A stretch of 64,000 nucleotides of DNA from Cetorhinus maximus (Eukaryota): positions 21,576,001 to 21,640,000 of the forward strand of contig NC_135898.1 of the NCBI RefSeq assembly GCF_964194155.1, given 5' to 3'. The first letter of the stretch is position 1. Every line of letters starts with the position of its first letter. Positions 23,845 through 36,345 of this stretch are shown piece after piece. The notes beneath the pieces are model-generated. The model had not been told where the DNA came from and did not search any database. It was given only the letters and a program-made list of their open reading frames with translations. The position numbers were made by a program, and so were the translations under genes.

Positions 23845-26800
23845 CTGGATGCAAAGGAAAATTCTGCAGTGAGTTTCACAATAGTCATAAATCAAAGCAC
23901 CATCTTGTTACAATCCACTGAATATCCCCTAACAGAGATGCATTATAAAACCAAATATGACAATGAGCCACGTCAGGAGATATTAGTCAGATGTCCAAAG
24001 GCTTGGTCAAAGAGGTAGGTTTTAAAGAGTGTCTTAAAGGAGAAGAGAGTGATAGAGAAAGGGTGGAGAGGTGTAGGGAGGGAATTCCAGAGTTTGGGGC
24101 CCAGGCAACTGAAGGCACGGCCACCAATGGTGGAAGGATTAAAATCAGGGATGCTCAAGAGGCTGGAATTGGAGGAGCGCAGATACCTTGGAGGGTAACA
24201 GTGCTAGTGGAGATTAGAGTTAGGGATGGGCCAGGCCAGATCAGCAAGAACAGGAATTGGAGGGGCAACAAGAGAGTCTGAGAATAGATTAGCAGGTAAC
24301 ATAAAAGGGTACCCAACAGACTTTTTTTTAACCAAGCACATGAACAGTAAAATGACATTCAAAACAAAGGTGGGGTGTCTTGGGGCCAAAAAGGAGGTCT
24401 ACTTGTGGAAGGAGAGAGCATAGGTCAGGTACTAAATGAGTATTTTGCATCTGTCTTCACTCGAGAAGAAGATAATGCTAATGTCGCAATAAAGGAGGTG
24501 AACTAGCAATACTGGATGAGATCCCAATAAAAAAGATGTACTTAAGTGGTTGGCAGTTATCAAAGCAGAAAGTCGCCTGGCCTGGATGAGACATTTCCAA
24601 GGTTACGAAGGAAGTATGAATGGAAATTGCTGAGGGTTTGAACACAACCGTCCAATCCTCCTTAGGTATTGGGGTGGCGCCAGAGGATTGAAAATGCTAT
24701 ACCCGTGTTGAAAATGGGTTTAAAGCTACAGGCCAGCAGGCCTAACGCTGGTGCCAAGGGAACTTTCAGAGACAATGATCTGGGGCAAAATTAATTGGCA
24801 GTTGAAAAAATGTGTGTTAATAAATGAAAGGCAGCCCAGATTATTTAAAGGAAAATCATGTTTGACTAATTTGATTGTGTTCGGGTGGTGCAGATGATAT
24901 TGCAAGTATGGTGTATGAGAAAAGGCGTATGACAAAGTACCACATAGTAGACTTGTTAGCAAAATTAAACGTTTAAGGTAGAGTGAGTGTGGATAGTCTC
25001 CCTTGGATACTTACACTAAAAATAAAACCTCCCAAATAGCAACACCCTCGTTACCCGATTACTCACCAACTCTCAGGAAAGTCTTGAGTTCCAGTGGCCG
25101 AATTGTTGGCTGCTTCTCCACTCGGCCGTAAGCCTCTGCAATACTTTCTACCTGAACCTTGGGGCACTTAAATAGCTCGTAGGTGCCATCGCGGTTTTCA
25201 ATGAAGCTGCGGGTAACCTCCAGGGGCATCTGAAAGGTGGAATGAAAAGTGCTGGATTAGGTTCTGCTAGGCTGGAAGAGTTATTACAAATTGCAAGAGC
25301 CATTTTCTCCCACACTTTAGGAAAGATGTGAAGGCCTTCGAGAGGGTGCTGACAAGCTTCACGAGAATGGGGATGGGGGGTCGGGGTTGCGGTGGGGGCT
25401 TCAGTTGTGTGCAGAGACTGTAGAAGCTGGGGTTGCTCCCCTTGGAGAATGTTGAGAGGAGATTTGATAGAAGTGTTTAAAATTACAATGGGTCTATATA
25501 GAGTAGATAGAGAGAAACTGTTCCCTCTGGTGGAAGGATTGTGAACCAGGGGGCACAGATTTAAAGCGACTGGCAAAAGAACCAAAGGTGGCATGAGGGG
25601 AAAAACTATTTTTTTTAACCAAGCGCTTGGTTACGATCTGGCCTGAGAGTGTGGAGGAGTCAGATTTAATCCTGGCTTTCAAAAGGAAATGAGACAATTA
25701 TCTAAATAGAAAAAAAATGCAGGGCTACAGGGAAAAGGCAAAGGGGCTAGGCGAGTTGCTCTTGCAGACAGCTGGCACAGACATGGCGGGCTGAATGGCC
25801 TCCTTCTGTGCTGTAACCATTCTGTGATTTGAAAAATATTGAATTGGAAGATGACGCAACAGCCTCAGAACTCAGGAAGTTTCCTGCACAAATAGGTTAC
25901 TTGGCCAGGCTTTCTGCTAAGATTAGCAGACAGAATTTCAACGCCAGTGTTGAGGCACCTTCACTTGGTTTTCAATTTACAGTACCCGATCCGGGAATGC
26001 TTGATTCCGATGGGGGATGGCAAAATGAAAATAGTTTTGACAGAGTAAATAAGGAGAAACTGGTTCTAGTAACGGGGGAAGCCCAGTAACCAGAAGACAC
26101 AGATTTGAAATGATTAGCAAAAAAAAAACTAGAAGGGAGATGAGAAGTTTTTCCACACAGTGAGTTGTTAAAATCTGAAACAAGCTGGCTGAAAGAGTGG
26201 GGGAAGCAGATGCAATAGTGACTTTCAATAGTGAACTGGATATATACTTGACAAAGGAAGATTTACAGTGGTGGGGCAAGAGCTTGGCTTACAAAGATTC
26301 AGCGTAAGCATGATGGGCCAAAAGGCTGTATGATTCCATAAGTCAGTCAGTCAGTCATCGAGCCATGCCGGGCATCTCCCTGATTTCCATCAGTGGTGCA
26401 ATGCAGTGGTGAGCATTTTCTCTCATTGTAGACTCATGGCTAGGACAATTAGTTCAATAGTGCCTTATTGCAAACTCTACTCCCACCACCTACCTCTGGG
26501 GTATCAAATATCTGCTTGACCTGAAGAACATTTGTGATCTGCCAAGTGTATTTGGAGAACGTTCCCAGAGGTACTGCATCCTTCCGAACAAAACCTACAA
26601 GACACAACACACACGCTTCAGACTTCAATGGGTCAAAAGCATAAGAGGACGGAAAATCAGTTATTTTCTGCCGGATCACCCAGCCTCTCTCCCCAGGCAG
26701 CAGCTGCAGATCGAAAAGCAGCCGGCAGCCTACAGAAACTCAGCCCAGCAAAAAGTCTCCACCTGATCTCAGGAGGTGGCAGTTTCAAGAGGGAATTCAG

Positions 26801-29800
26801 GAGAAACTTCTTTAGCCAGAGCGGTTAGACTATGCAACTCATTACCATAAGGAGTGGTTGAGGCAAATTGCATCAATGCACTGGAGGGGAAGCTAGGTAA
26901 GTACTTTGTAGTATTGAGTTTCATACTTGCGAAAAGTAGTTCCTCCTGAATTCCCCGGTGACTATCTTATATTTATGACCTCTCGTTTTGGTCTTCCCCG
27001 GCAATTGAATTGCGACCATTCCAAATGCATTTTCCCTGGGGAGGATGGCAACAGACAAAGGCAACCTTCATTCCAACTGGCTCAGCTGAGTCAGAACTCA
27101 GGTTCTCAGCAGTGAAAGTGTGCTGTGCAACCTACCGCAGTATCAAATCCTTTTGAGCAACCAGGGGCATGTACTTGTTGGCCACACACTTTCACCTTGA
27201 TGTACTTGCCCTGGGGTTTGCTGCAAAGTAATGTCCGCACTGATAAGTAAGACGTGTTACCTGTGGTGGAGTTGGGTAGACGTTTCTTTTTGCTTCCCAT
27301 AGAGATCCTCTGCTGCAGGGCATCGAAAAAGCTCTGAGGGACATGGAACACCAGTGGCTCAGGCTTCCCTGCATTAACAACAACTTGCATTTTACTGGTG
27401 CCTGCAGCAATTTGCATTTATATTCTGCTTTTAACAACAACAAGTTGCATTTATATAGCACTTTTAAGATAGTAAAATGTCCCAAGGTGCTTCACAGGAG
27501 TGGAATCAGGCGAAAACATTTTTTGACACAGAGCCAAAAAAAGGAGACATTAGTATAGGTGACCAAAAACCTGATCAAGGTTTTAAGGTGTGTCTGAAAG
27601 GAGGAGAGACAGTTGGAGAGGTTTGGAGAGGGAACTCCAGAGCTTAGGGCCTCGGCAGATGAAGGCACAGTCTCCAATGGTGAGGGAGAAGCGAAAGGGA
27701 GATGGAACTTGCCGCATACGAGGGTGGTGGAAGTGGAAACGATGAATGATTTTAAAAGGAAATTGGATGGGAACTCGAGGGAAATAAACTTGTAGGGCTA
27801 CGGAGATAGAGCAGGGGAATGGGACTGACTGGATTGCTCTACAGAGAGCTAGCCTGGACTCAATGGGCTGAATGGGCTCCTGCGTTATGACACAAGGGGC
27901 CAAAATTGGAGGAGCACAGAGTTCTTGGAGGCTTGTCAGGGGCTGCAGGATGAGAAATTTAAAGCCAAGCCCGTTGTGTAATGGGAGCCAATGTAGGTCA
28001 GTGAGCACAGGCGTGATGGGAAAACACTGCAGTTAGTCAGAACGGTGACATATTGCTGTAATCAAATTCTCCAGCTAGGGTATAATTACTTCATTAACTT
28101 TAAACCATCGGGACATCACATGCACAACTTTAGGGATAGAATGGCTGGCGATGAATGCCGAGAGTTCCAATATTCCCGATTAGCATCCAGGTTTGAAGAG
28201 TGGTGCTGATTACTGCAGGGCCAGATGGAGCTAACATTGCCAACCCTCCAAAGTTATCCTGGAATGCCTAGGAATTAAGGATCAATCTCCGAGACACTGC
28301 TGTGAGAAACCTAGGCAAAAAAAAAATAAAGGCTGCTTAATCTGTGCCGAGCAGTTGGAGGTCATATGATGAAACCTCCAGGAATACATCCAACAAGAGT
28401 CAGCAACCCTATCTGGGGCTGCTTATTACAGCATTTCAGACACTGACAAAACCATACACATACTTTATACACACATGTTTTTGTATGGTTTGGTGGATGG
28501 GGGTCACTAGAAAAGACAGTCACCAAGTGTCAAATTTAGTTAACTAACTCTCCTGTGTGGGGCCTTGGACCATTTCATGATGTTAGAGGTGCTATATCAA
28601 TGCAAGCTGTCTTTGCTGAGATAAAACACCTTCTCAAGATAGAATTCCCCAAACTGCACACCTTATAACAAAAATCTTTACATCCTATTTTTTTAAAATG
28701 GGCTTCGAATGGTAATTTTAAGGATGATGCTTATTATGGAAAACAAGTCTGAGACTTTCCTGCCTCAGTCTCTGATTGCAGTCATGATATAATGATGAAA
28801 CTACGGGATAAAAACCCATCATGTCTTTCCCTTTGTGGAAGAGTCTAGAGGGGATGTGAGGAAGAATTCTTTTCACCCAGAGGGTGGTGGGAACCTGGGA
28901 CTCACTGCCTGAAAGGGTGGCAGAGGCAGAAACCCTCATAACATTTGAGAAGTATTTGGATGTGCACTTGCGATGCCATGGCATACAAGGCTATGGGCCT
29001 CGTGCTGGGAAATGGGGTTAGAATAGTTAAGTACTTGTTTAACTGGCGCAGACTCGATGGGCCGAAGGGCCTTTTTCTGTGCTGTAAACCTCTATGACTC
29101 ACTAGGGGACACAGTTTAAAATAACGGGGTCTCCAATTTAAGACAGAGATGAGGGGAATTTTTTCTCTCAGAGGGACTTTACTCTTTGGAATTCTCTTCC
29201 CCAGAGAGCAGTAAAGGTTGGGTCATTGAATATGTTCAAGGCTGAGTTAGACAGATTTTTGATTGACAAGGGAGTTGGGGGTTATGGAGGCAGACAAGGA
29301 AGTGGAGTTGAGGAAATAATCTGTTCAGCCATGATCTATTTGAATGGCAGAGCAGGTTTGAATGGCCTACTCCTGCTCCTATTTCTTGTGTGCGCTCTTT
29401 TGCAGTGATTGTTTCTGCTGCCTTTCAGCACAGTTGATGATCAAACACTCCACAAGAATGGGCACGTAACATTCACAGTCTGCTTCCCTCAAAAGACGTC
29501 ATATTAAATTACCCTGTTGCAAACCCACTCAAGCCATTAAAAAACAAAAACATTATAAATTATTTTATTGATAGCATCAAGGCCAACAATTAAGGGACCA
29601 TTCTGTGTAAAATTACTGAGCAACTGCCCCTTTAGCAAGCTATCAACTTGGCAAAAAAACATATCATTCACCATCGAATTGGTAATGCATGGTCTGATTG
29701 ATGCGTTCTGTGACACTAGCAAGCCAGTCCTGAAATGACAGGGTCACTTGGGATTCATCGATTGGTTGACTCACTGAAAGAGAGAGAGAGAAAAACGGTC

Positions 29801-32800
29801 ACCATGTATCATTTCTTTGGCTGTTCTTATTCCCAGGGTGCCTTCCCTACCCCAGGGAATGAGGCACTCACAAAGCCAATATCACTCGGTAACTGTCTAC
29901 AAACAAGAGGTGCAATGAGGTGGCAGCATATGGAAGGCAAATCATACAGTACCCAAATGCTAGGAAGTGGAAAATCGCCACCAACAGGAATGTGGGCAGA
30001 ACCTTTATCACTTGCTAGAGTGAGCCTTGGCTCTCTGTGCTTTCAGAAGTGGCACATCTCCTTGAAGGAAGACAATACACATTCCACTCTCGCAAACAGA
30101 GACTCTACCTTCGTGAATTCTCAGCAGTTTGGTATGGTTAATTGGGGTGATGGGCTGTGCCAGCTTGAGACACCTGCCTCACTAACAAAAAATAACTGGT
30201 GAGTTAGTGAGCCACCAGCACAAAACTGGCCCTTATTTAGCACTATGAAGGTAGTTTCTTTCTATTTGTTCATGGGATGGGAGTGCCGCTGGCAAGACCA
30301 ACATTTATTGCCCATCCCTAATTGCCCTCAAGGTGGTGAGCCATCTGTGAGGTGTTAGATAGGGAGATTCAGGATTTTGACCCAGTGACGATCAATGCAT
30401 GGGGATATACTTCCAAAACATCCTCAGGTGTTTAAGTTGGGCATTAACTAACAAATCTTGACACCAAGCCACATGAGGAGATATTAGGACTGGTGGCCGA
30501 AAGCTTGCTCAGGGATAGTTTTCAAGGAGCGCCTTCAAGGAGAAGAGAGGAAGAGGACGAGAAGTTTAGTGATGGAATTTCAGAGCTTAAGACATGGCAG
30601 CTAAAGACGCAGTGGGCAATGGTGGGACGATAGAAATCTCACTCAGAGGTCACAGGATGGCTGATGTAGGAAGTGGAAAAACAAGCCACGTGCAACACGC
30701 AACAGCAGCAGGATGCAGGCTCTACTGAGGTGGGCACTGAGTCACAATGTTGGGAAAAGCAAAGGAGGCTTCTCCCCACTGCTGACAGTGCAGCCTGAAA
30801 ATCGATAAGTGCCATTCTCAACACATGCAGTTCTCAGCTTGGCGATTGCAACGTTCACACAAAAAAACGGGCAAAATTCTAGTAGTGTTCAGCGAGAGCT
30901 TACCAGTTACATCGTCCTTTTTCTTCTTCTTTGCTTTTGAAACCGTGCTCACTGCAGCCTGGGGTGTGGGATCCTGGGGGTAAATTGCCAGCAATTGTGT
31001 CTCAGGATTTGCCTGAAGCCCTGGTTTAAGGGAATTAAATCCGACACAAACAAGTCAGAGTTCCAAAGTAAACATTAGTAAATCCAAGAATAGATGCAGA
31101 GGAAATTTCTTTATCCAGAGAGCAGTGAGAATGTGGAACTCGCTACTGTAGGGAGTAGCTGAGGTGAATTGCATAGATACATTTAAGGGGAAGTTAGATA
31201 AGTACATGAGGGAGAAAGGATTAGAAGGGTATGTTGGGGTTAGGTGAAGTGGCATAGACCAGTTGGGCTGAATGGTCTGTTTCTAAGTAAATTCCATGCA
31301 ATATTGGGAAGATTAGGCTCAATTATATTGGCCAACCCCTTCTTCTCAACAGATCCCTCAGTCCTTGCTCTCCAGGTGCACATTTAGTTGCTCCTTGAAT
31401 CCATTTGAACACTCTCCTTCAAGTAACTTAGTCACCCATCGATGAGTCCTTAAAACAGAACAGTCTAATCATCTCCTCATGACATTCAGTGGTATTACCA
31501 TCACTGAATTCCCCACCATCAACATCCTGGGAGGAGTTCACCATTGACCAGAAACTTAACTGGACAAGAACAACTTAGAGGTTGTGTATTCTGTGGTCAG
31601 TAACTCACTTCCTGACTCCCCAAAGCCTGTCCACCATCCACAAGACATAAGACAGGAGTGTGATGGAATACTCCCCACCTGCCTGGATGAGTGCAGCTCC
31701 AACGACACTCAAGAAGCTTGACATCATCCAGCAGTAAGCAGCCCGCTTGATTGGCACCCCATCCACCACCTTCAACATTCACTCCCTCCACCACCAATGC
31801 ACAGTGGCAGCAGTGTGTAACATCTACAAGATGCACTGCAGCAACTCATTAAGGCTGCTTAGATTGCACCTTCCAAACCGGTGACCTCTACCATCTAGAA
31901 GGACAAGGGGAGCTGATGCATGGGAACACCACCACTTGGAAGTTCCCCTCCCAAGCCACTCACCATCCTGACTTGGAAATATATCACTGTTCCTTCACTG
32001 TTGCTGAATCAAAATCCTGGAAATCCCTCCCTAACAGCACTGAGGGAGTAACTAACTGACATGGATATACAGCCATTCAAGAAGGCGGCTCACCACCACC
32101 TTCTCAAGGGCAATTAGGGATAGGCAATAAATTATGGCCTAGCCAACAATGCCCATATCCCATGAATGAATAAAAACAATTACACTGCTCATCTCACTCT
32201 TAAATTCTTCATTTTAACTTATATCACCTTGATTCTTGAACCGTATTAAACATTAATAATATGCATTAACTATATGACTTCCTGGGTGTTTGACCACAAA
32301 TGATTGCTTGGCAAAGTATTAACTGGGAATCCATCAGCTGGAATAGGCCATGTATCACTAACAATAGCTACAGCCTTCCATCAGGGCACAATGTCAGATT
32401 CTACAAGAGAGGGGAGCGAAATCAGCCAGGGTCCCCTTCTTCTGATCATTATCCACCAACATCCTTTGGAAAATTTGCATGTGAATGTCCTAGTTTAGCT
32501 ATGGCACCCTGCAAGACTGATGGATCTCTCTCAGCTTACTCTCCTGGCTCACGCATAAAGAATAGGCACTCGAGTGAGATGCCAGAGGCCTGTGTGCCTA
32601 TGAGAAACTTATTGCCTTCAGGAGAGAAGGCTAAAGGACAAAGTGAGCAGGAAGGAAAGAAAAAAAACATGAATACTTGGGCTTTTTTTAAACAGAGCAC
32701 TGATCTGGCTGAAGATACCAGATGTCATAACCAGCAGAACGAAGCATGAGTACTTTGACAGAGCTCTTGACTGTCATTTAATCAATGTTTGCTTACAACA

Positions 32801-34645
32801 GGCCTATGCAAAAACACAACTCAACAGCGAAAGCTTTGAGGATTGTTATCTGCTGGTGAAGAATACCTTAGGATTTTTCTTTGAATGCAGTCCACAAGTG
32901 TGATCATTTCAATGGATTGTCCTGCATGTGGGTGTCGCTGGCTAGGCCAGCATTTATTGCCCATCCCTAATTGCCCATTTAAGAGTCAACCACATTGCAG
33001 TGGGCCAGACCAGGTAAGGAAAGCAGATTTCCTTTCCTAAAGGACATCAGTGAACCAGATGGGTTTTTACAGCAATCAGCAATGGTTTTGTGGTCATTAG
33101 ACTTTTAATTCCAGATTTTTATTGAATTAAAATTCCACCATCTGCCGTGGCGGGATTCGAACCCAGGTCCCCACAGCATTACCCTGGGTGTATGGATTAC
33201 AAGTCCATACTAGTCCACTTACGCCATCACCTCCCCCCACATGAAACCATGACTAAGGTACACATCTTCCTTTATATTTTATTTTTGATTTTAAAAAGTG
33301 GTGATATTATTGGTGGCTCTACCATAACATTAACAATATAACCTAGCTCATCTTGAGCTACTCAGGTCTGATGAACTACACCTATACAGAACTGGGTTTG
33401 AAAGAAAGACTTGCACATATATAGCACCATTCATATTTCCAGGATGTCCCAAAACGCTTTAAGAGAGAGAGTCAGGAGTGTAGTCACTGTTGTAATGTGG
33501 GAAGTTGGACAGGCAAATCAGGCGATGTGATAATGACCAGATAATCTGTTTTTAGGTGTTAGTTGAGGGAATAGCACCAGGGGATCACTTACATCTACCC
33601 GAGAAAGCAAGCGGGGCCCTAGTTTAACATCTCGTGCGAAAGAGCGCTGAGAGTTATTGGTTAAGCCTATTCAAACCAAATCAGGAAGGAGAATTTCACC
33701 CCATCAAGTGGTGTTGAACCCAGGTTCCAGACAGGAAAAGTGCATATCCCAGTCATTGCAACATTGTCTGACAGTTCATTGCATATTGCAGTTTAATTCA
33801 TACTTACCAGAACTTCTGCACCTAGCGGAGGAATCAAAGTTGATGAAATAGGAAAACTCTTGCCCCAGCTTCTCATCACTGGCAAAGGCGCAGACACACG
33901 CGTAGAAGTGAATGCATCGCTTTGGTGGCTCCTCTTTGTTGGAGCTCGATTTATTGGCTTTGAAAGCCTGGCAGGAGCAGTAGAATTTGCGCTCCGTCAC
34001 GCCTTTCGTCCTAGCCTTCTCGTGGAACGAGACGTGCAGAAAGCCCAAGTTGTGCTTGGGGCTGGCTTTGCACTTCACCACCATGATGCTCTTGGTAATC
34101 CTCTGCACCAGGGGCCCACTCGACTCAGTGGCCAAAGTCCAGATGGCCTGCTTGGTCTCGGCAGTCACCTGAAGAGAGTTCAGCACAGAACTCTTCAGTG
34201 TGTGCGGAGTGGCTTCCATATGACACTCCATGGCGAGCTTGATGTGCTGGCACTGATTCTCGGAGACTCCTTGTGAGGATACTTTGAAGCAGGTGGGGAC
34301 CAAGCAACGACCGGTTATGTGGGTAATGATGGTGCCATCCACTGTCTGAATTGCTTCCGTTGTGCCGAGTTCCACAAAGCCCCGGTAGTCAGGTCCTCGG
34401 TCTCGAAGCCTCACCGAATAGACCTGTGAGGCCGATCCGGTGACTATGCGAACGGCATCAATACTGGGTTGCTGTTTCCGCACGCCATCCCTGAAGACGA
34501 CACCACAGCTTTTATTCTTGCAGCTCAGCCCACGAGTGCCATTGATCGTGCCACACTTGGGACACTTCTTGATGCCCCGAAGTGTAGGTTTGCCCAAGTC
34601 GGCCAGGAAAGCCAGGGTTTTCGTCCTCTCTGGGTGTTGCTCCAT
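23636..34645 (-). CDS. C2orf42: C2orf42 orthologue, complete, 545 aa: join(34645..33808, 31020..30904, 29773..29672, 27368..27261, 26594..26494, 25229..25067, 23844..23636)
   Basis: Seven phase-compatible GT-AG exons (1638 nt). Strong match to recalled human C2orf42 ([28 protein letters not shown]; [17 protein letters not shown]; [21 protein letters not shown]; [15 protein letters not shown]). Confidence 0.93.
24290..24980 (+). mobile_element. Decayed CR1 ORF2 fragment
   Basis: [10 protein letters not shown]-like and GKSCLTNL-like CR1 RT motifs at the DNA level. Confidence 0.7.
25067..25229 (-). CDS. C2orf42: C2orf42 coding exon 6 (163 nt)
   Basis: [54 protein letters not shown]; ttcag|ATG and G|gtgagt. 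Confidence 0.95.
26494..26594 (-). CDS. C2orf42: C2orf42 coding exon 5 (101 nt)
   Basis: [33 protein letters not shown]; tgtag|GT and GAG|gtaggt. Confidence 0.95.
27261..27368 (-). CDS. C2orf42: C2orf42 coding exon 4 (108 nt)
   Basis: [36 protein letters not shown]; atgcag|GG and G|gtaac. Confidence 0.93.
29672..29773 (-). CDS. C2orf42: C2orf42 coding exon 3 (102 nt)
   Basis: [33 protein letters not shown]; (ct)n-ttcag|TG and G|gtgaat. Confidence 0.95.
30904..31020 (-). CDS. C2orf42: C2orf42 coding exon 2 (117 nt; ends in a basic NLS-like tract)
   Basis: [39 protein letters not shown]; ccag|GG and G|gtaagc. Confidence 0.85.
31465..32175 (+). mobile_element. LINE (CR1-like) 3' fragment
   Basis: Near-colinear with 21330-22040; ends in catgaatgaataaaaa. 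Confidence 0.8.
33808..34645 (-). CDS. C2orf42: C2orf42 coding exon 1 (838 nt, Cys/His-rich)
   Basis: ORF 33776..34645 up to the donor TCTG|gtaagt; CAGTAG tandem acceptor at 34674-34679. Confidence 0.95.
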
Positions 34646-35450
34646 CTCTCATTGGACTGGCCTTATTAAAACCCTACTGGAGAGGAAAGTGATTAAGTTT
34701 GTCAAATAAGCAAGACAAGATTTGAAAAGATAACTATCTTCCACCACAAAAGAGAGAACTTGCCTACGCCATTAATCACTATCAGTGCAATGTAGAGGTA
34801 GAGACCAGGTCTGAAGAGGTCCATTTTGGAAGTGGTTATTAGCACGATGGTCAAGATAACGGTCACTCTCGTCACTTCCAGCCCCAGCTAACAACATTTA
34901 ACAACAGGAAAACATTTAAACAACTATGCTATAAAATCTGGATTCTACTTTTCCAAAATTGTAATTGTTAATTGCCATTGCAGTTTACGTCAATCTAAAG
35001 TGACTGTCACACAAGTCATCAGGGACCTTCGTATACAGTATTGGAAGCCTTTAAAGGTGCTCTGGAGTTTCATGAGAAGAAACAGCAAAACACAAATTTC
35101 TTTTTCCCAAAAATTGGAGGGAGGCTGCCTCCTAGTGTCACGTTTGGCAGGACACCAATGGATATGGAATAAAACCATGAGGTGCATAATGTACCTTTTC
35201 TGATTGCTGTTGTCTCCGCCAGGCACAGAATTCTCCAAGATCTCTTTGGTTCCCCAATTCTGGCCTCTTACACATCCCCAGTTTCATTGGTGATCTTGCC
35301 TTCAATAGCCTAGGTCCTAACTGCTTCAACTGCTTTCCTAAATCTCTCCACCTCCATTATACTCCTTAAAACCTACCTATTGGGTCTAGCCTTTGGTCAT
35401 TCATATCTATGTGGCTTATTTAACAATCTATCACACCAAATGAACTAAAT

Positions 35451-35845
35451 CTTGCTGAAAAAAGTCTCATGTTGCCAAAGCTTTTAGTCTTGCACTCATC
35501 AGGACAAACGCAAGAATGCAAAGTTTCAAATAATCACAACAATTTTTTCTCCTGTAGTATAAATTGTTGCGATCGTTTGAAATTTGAAAAGAGAGACATG
35601 TTGCCGATGCTTTTTCTCTTGCACTCATTAGGGCAAGTATAAATTGTTGAGATCGTTTGAAATTTGAAAAGAGAGACATGTTGCCGATGCTTTTCCTCTT
35701 GCACTCATTAGGGCAAGTATAAATTGTTGTGATCGTTTGAAATGTGGCATTCTTGCAATTATTCTGTTGAGTGCAAAATGAAAAGCTTCAGAAAAATGTC
35801 TCTCTTTTCAGCAATATTCAAGTTCTGTACTATCAAGCGACTAAA
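35451..35845. mobile_element. Palindromic Penelope-type element with an internal 80-bp tandem duplication and hammerhead-like motifs
   Basis: 35451-35545 is inverted relative to 35720-35815; direct 80-bp units start at 35557, 35637 and 35717 (last one partial). Confidence 0.7.
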
Positions 35846-36169
35846 TTAATTAATTTTTCAGGACAACAACTATGGTACTATAGGTAAACACTCCACCAAC
35901 ATTCCAAAAACATCCTCGAGATAAATGACCAGCTAATCCATTGTTTTCATGGTTGAAAGAGGAATGATGGCTACAACACCATAGCACTGTGGGATCTTTG
36001 AGCAGGCTTACAGGGCTGATTTTACCATCTCAATCAAATGGCTGGCAATTCAAACTACACAGCACTGTCTCAGATACGCACCGGAGTGCCAACCTGAATT
36101 GCATGCTCAAGTCCCACCACAGGGTTTGAACCCACAAACTGTCACCAGAAAGATAGTAGCTTAGTAATA

Positions 36170-36345
36170 CAACACTTGAATATTGTTGAAAAGAGAGACA
36201 TGTTGCTGGAGCTTTTCACCTTGCACTCATCAGGACAAGTATAAATTGTTGTGATAGGATTAAATTTGGCATTATTGCATTCTTCTTGTTGAGTGCAAGA
36301 TGAAAAGCTTCAGCAATGTGTCTCTCTTTTAAGCAAGGCTCAAGA
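36170..36345. mobile_element. Second palindromic copy of the same element
   Basis: gaaaagagagacatgttg...ttgcactcatcagg versus gagtgcaagatgaaaagcttcagcaatgtgtctctctttt. Confidence 0.7.

Noticed and set aside
29850-30800. Several acceptor-like sites as the missing C2orf42 exon
   Set aside because: Each gives an in-frame stop or the wrong exit phase, with no similarity to the human segment.
33860-34709. Plus-strand ORFs of 60-138 aa
   Set aside because: Antisense shadows of the C2orf42 coding exon.
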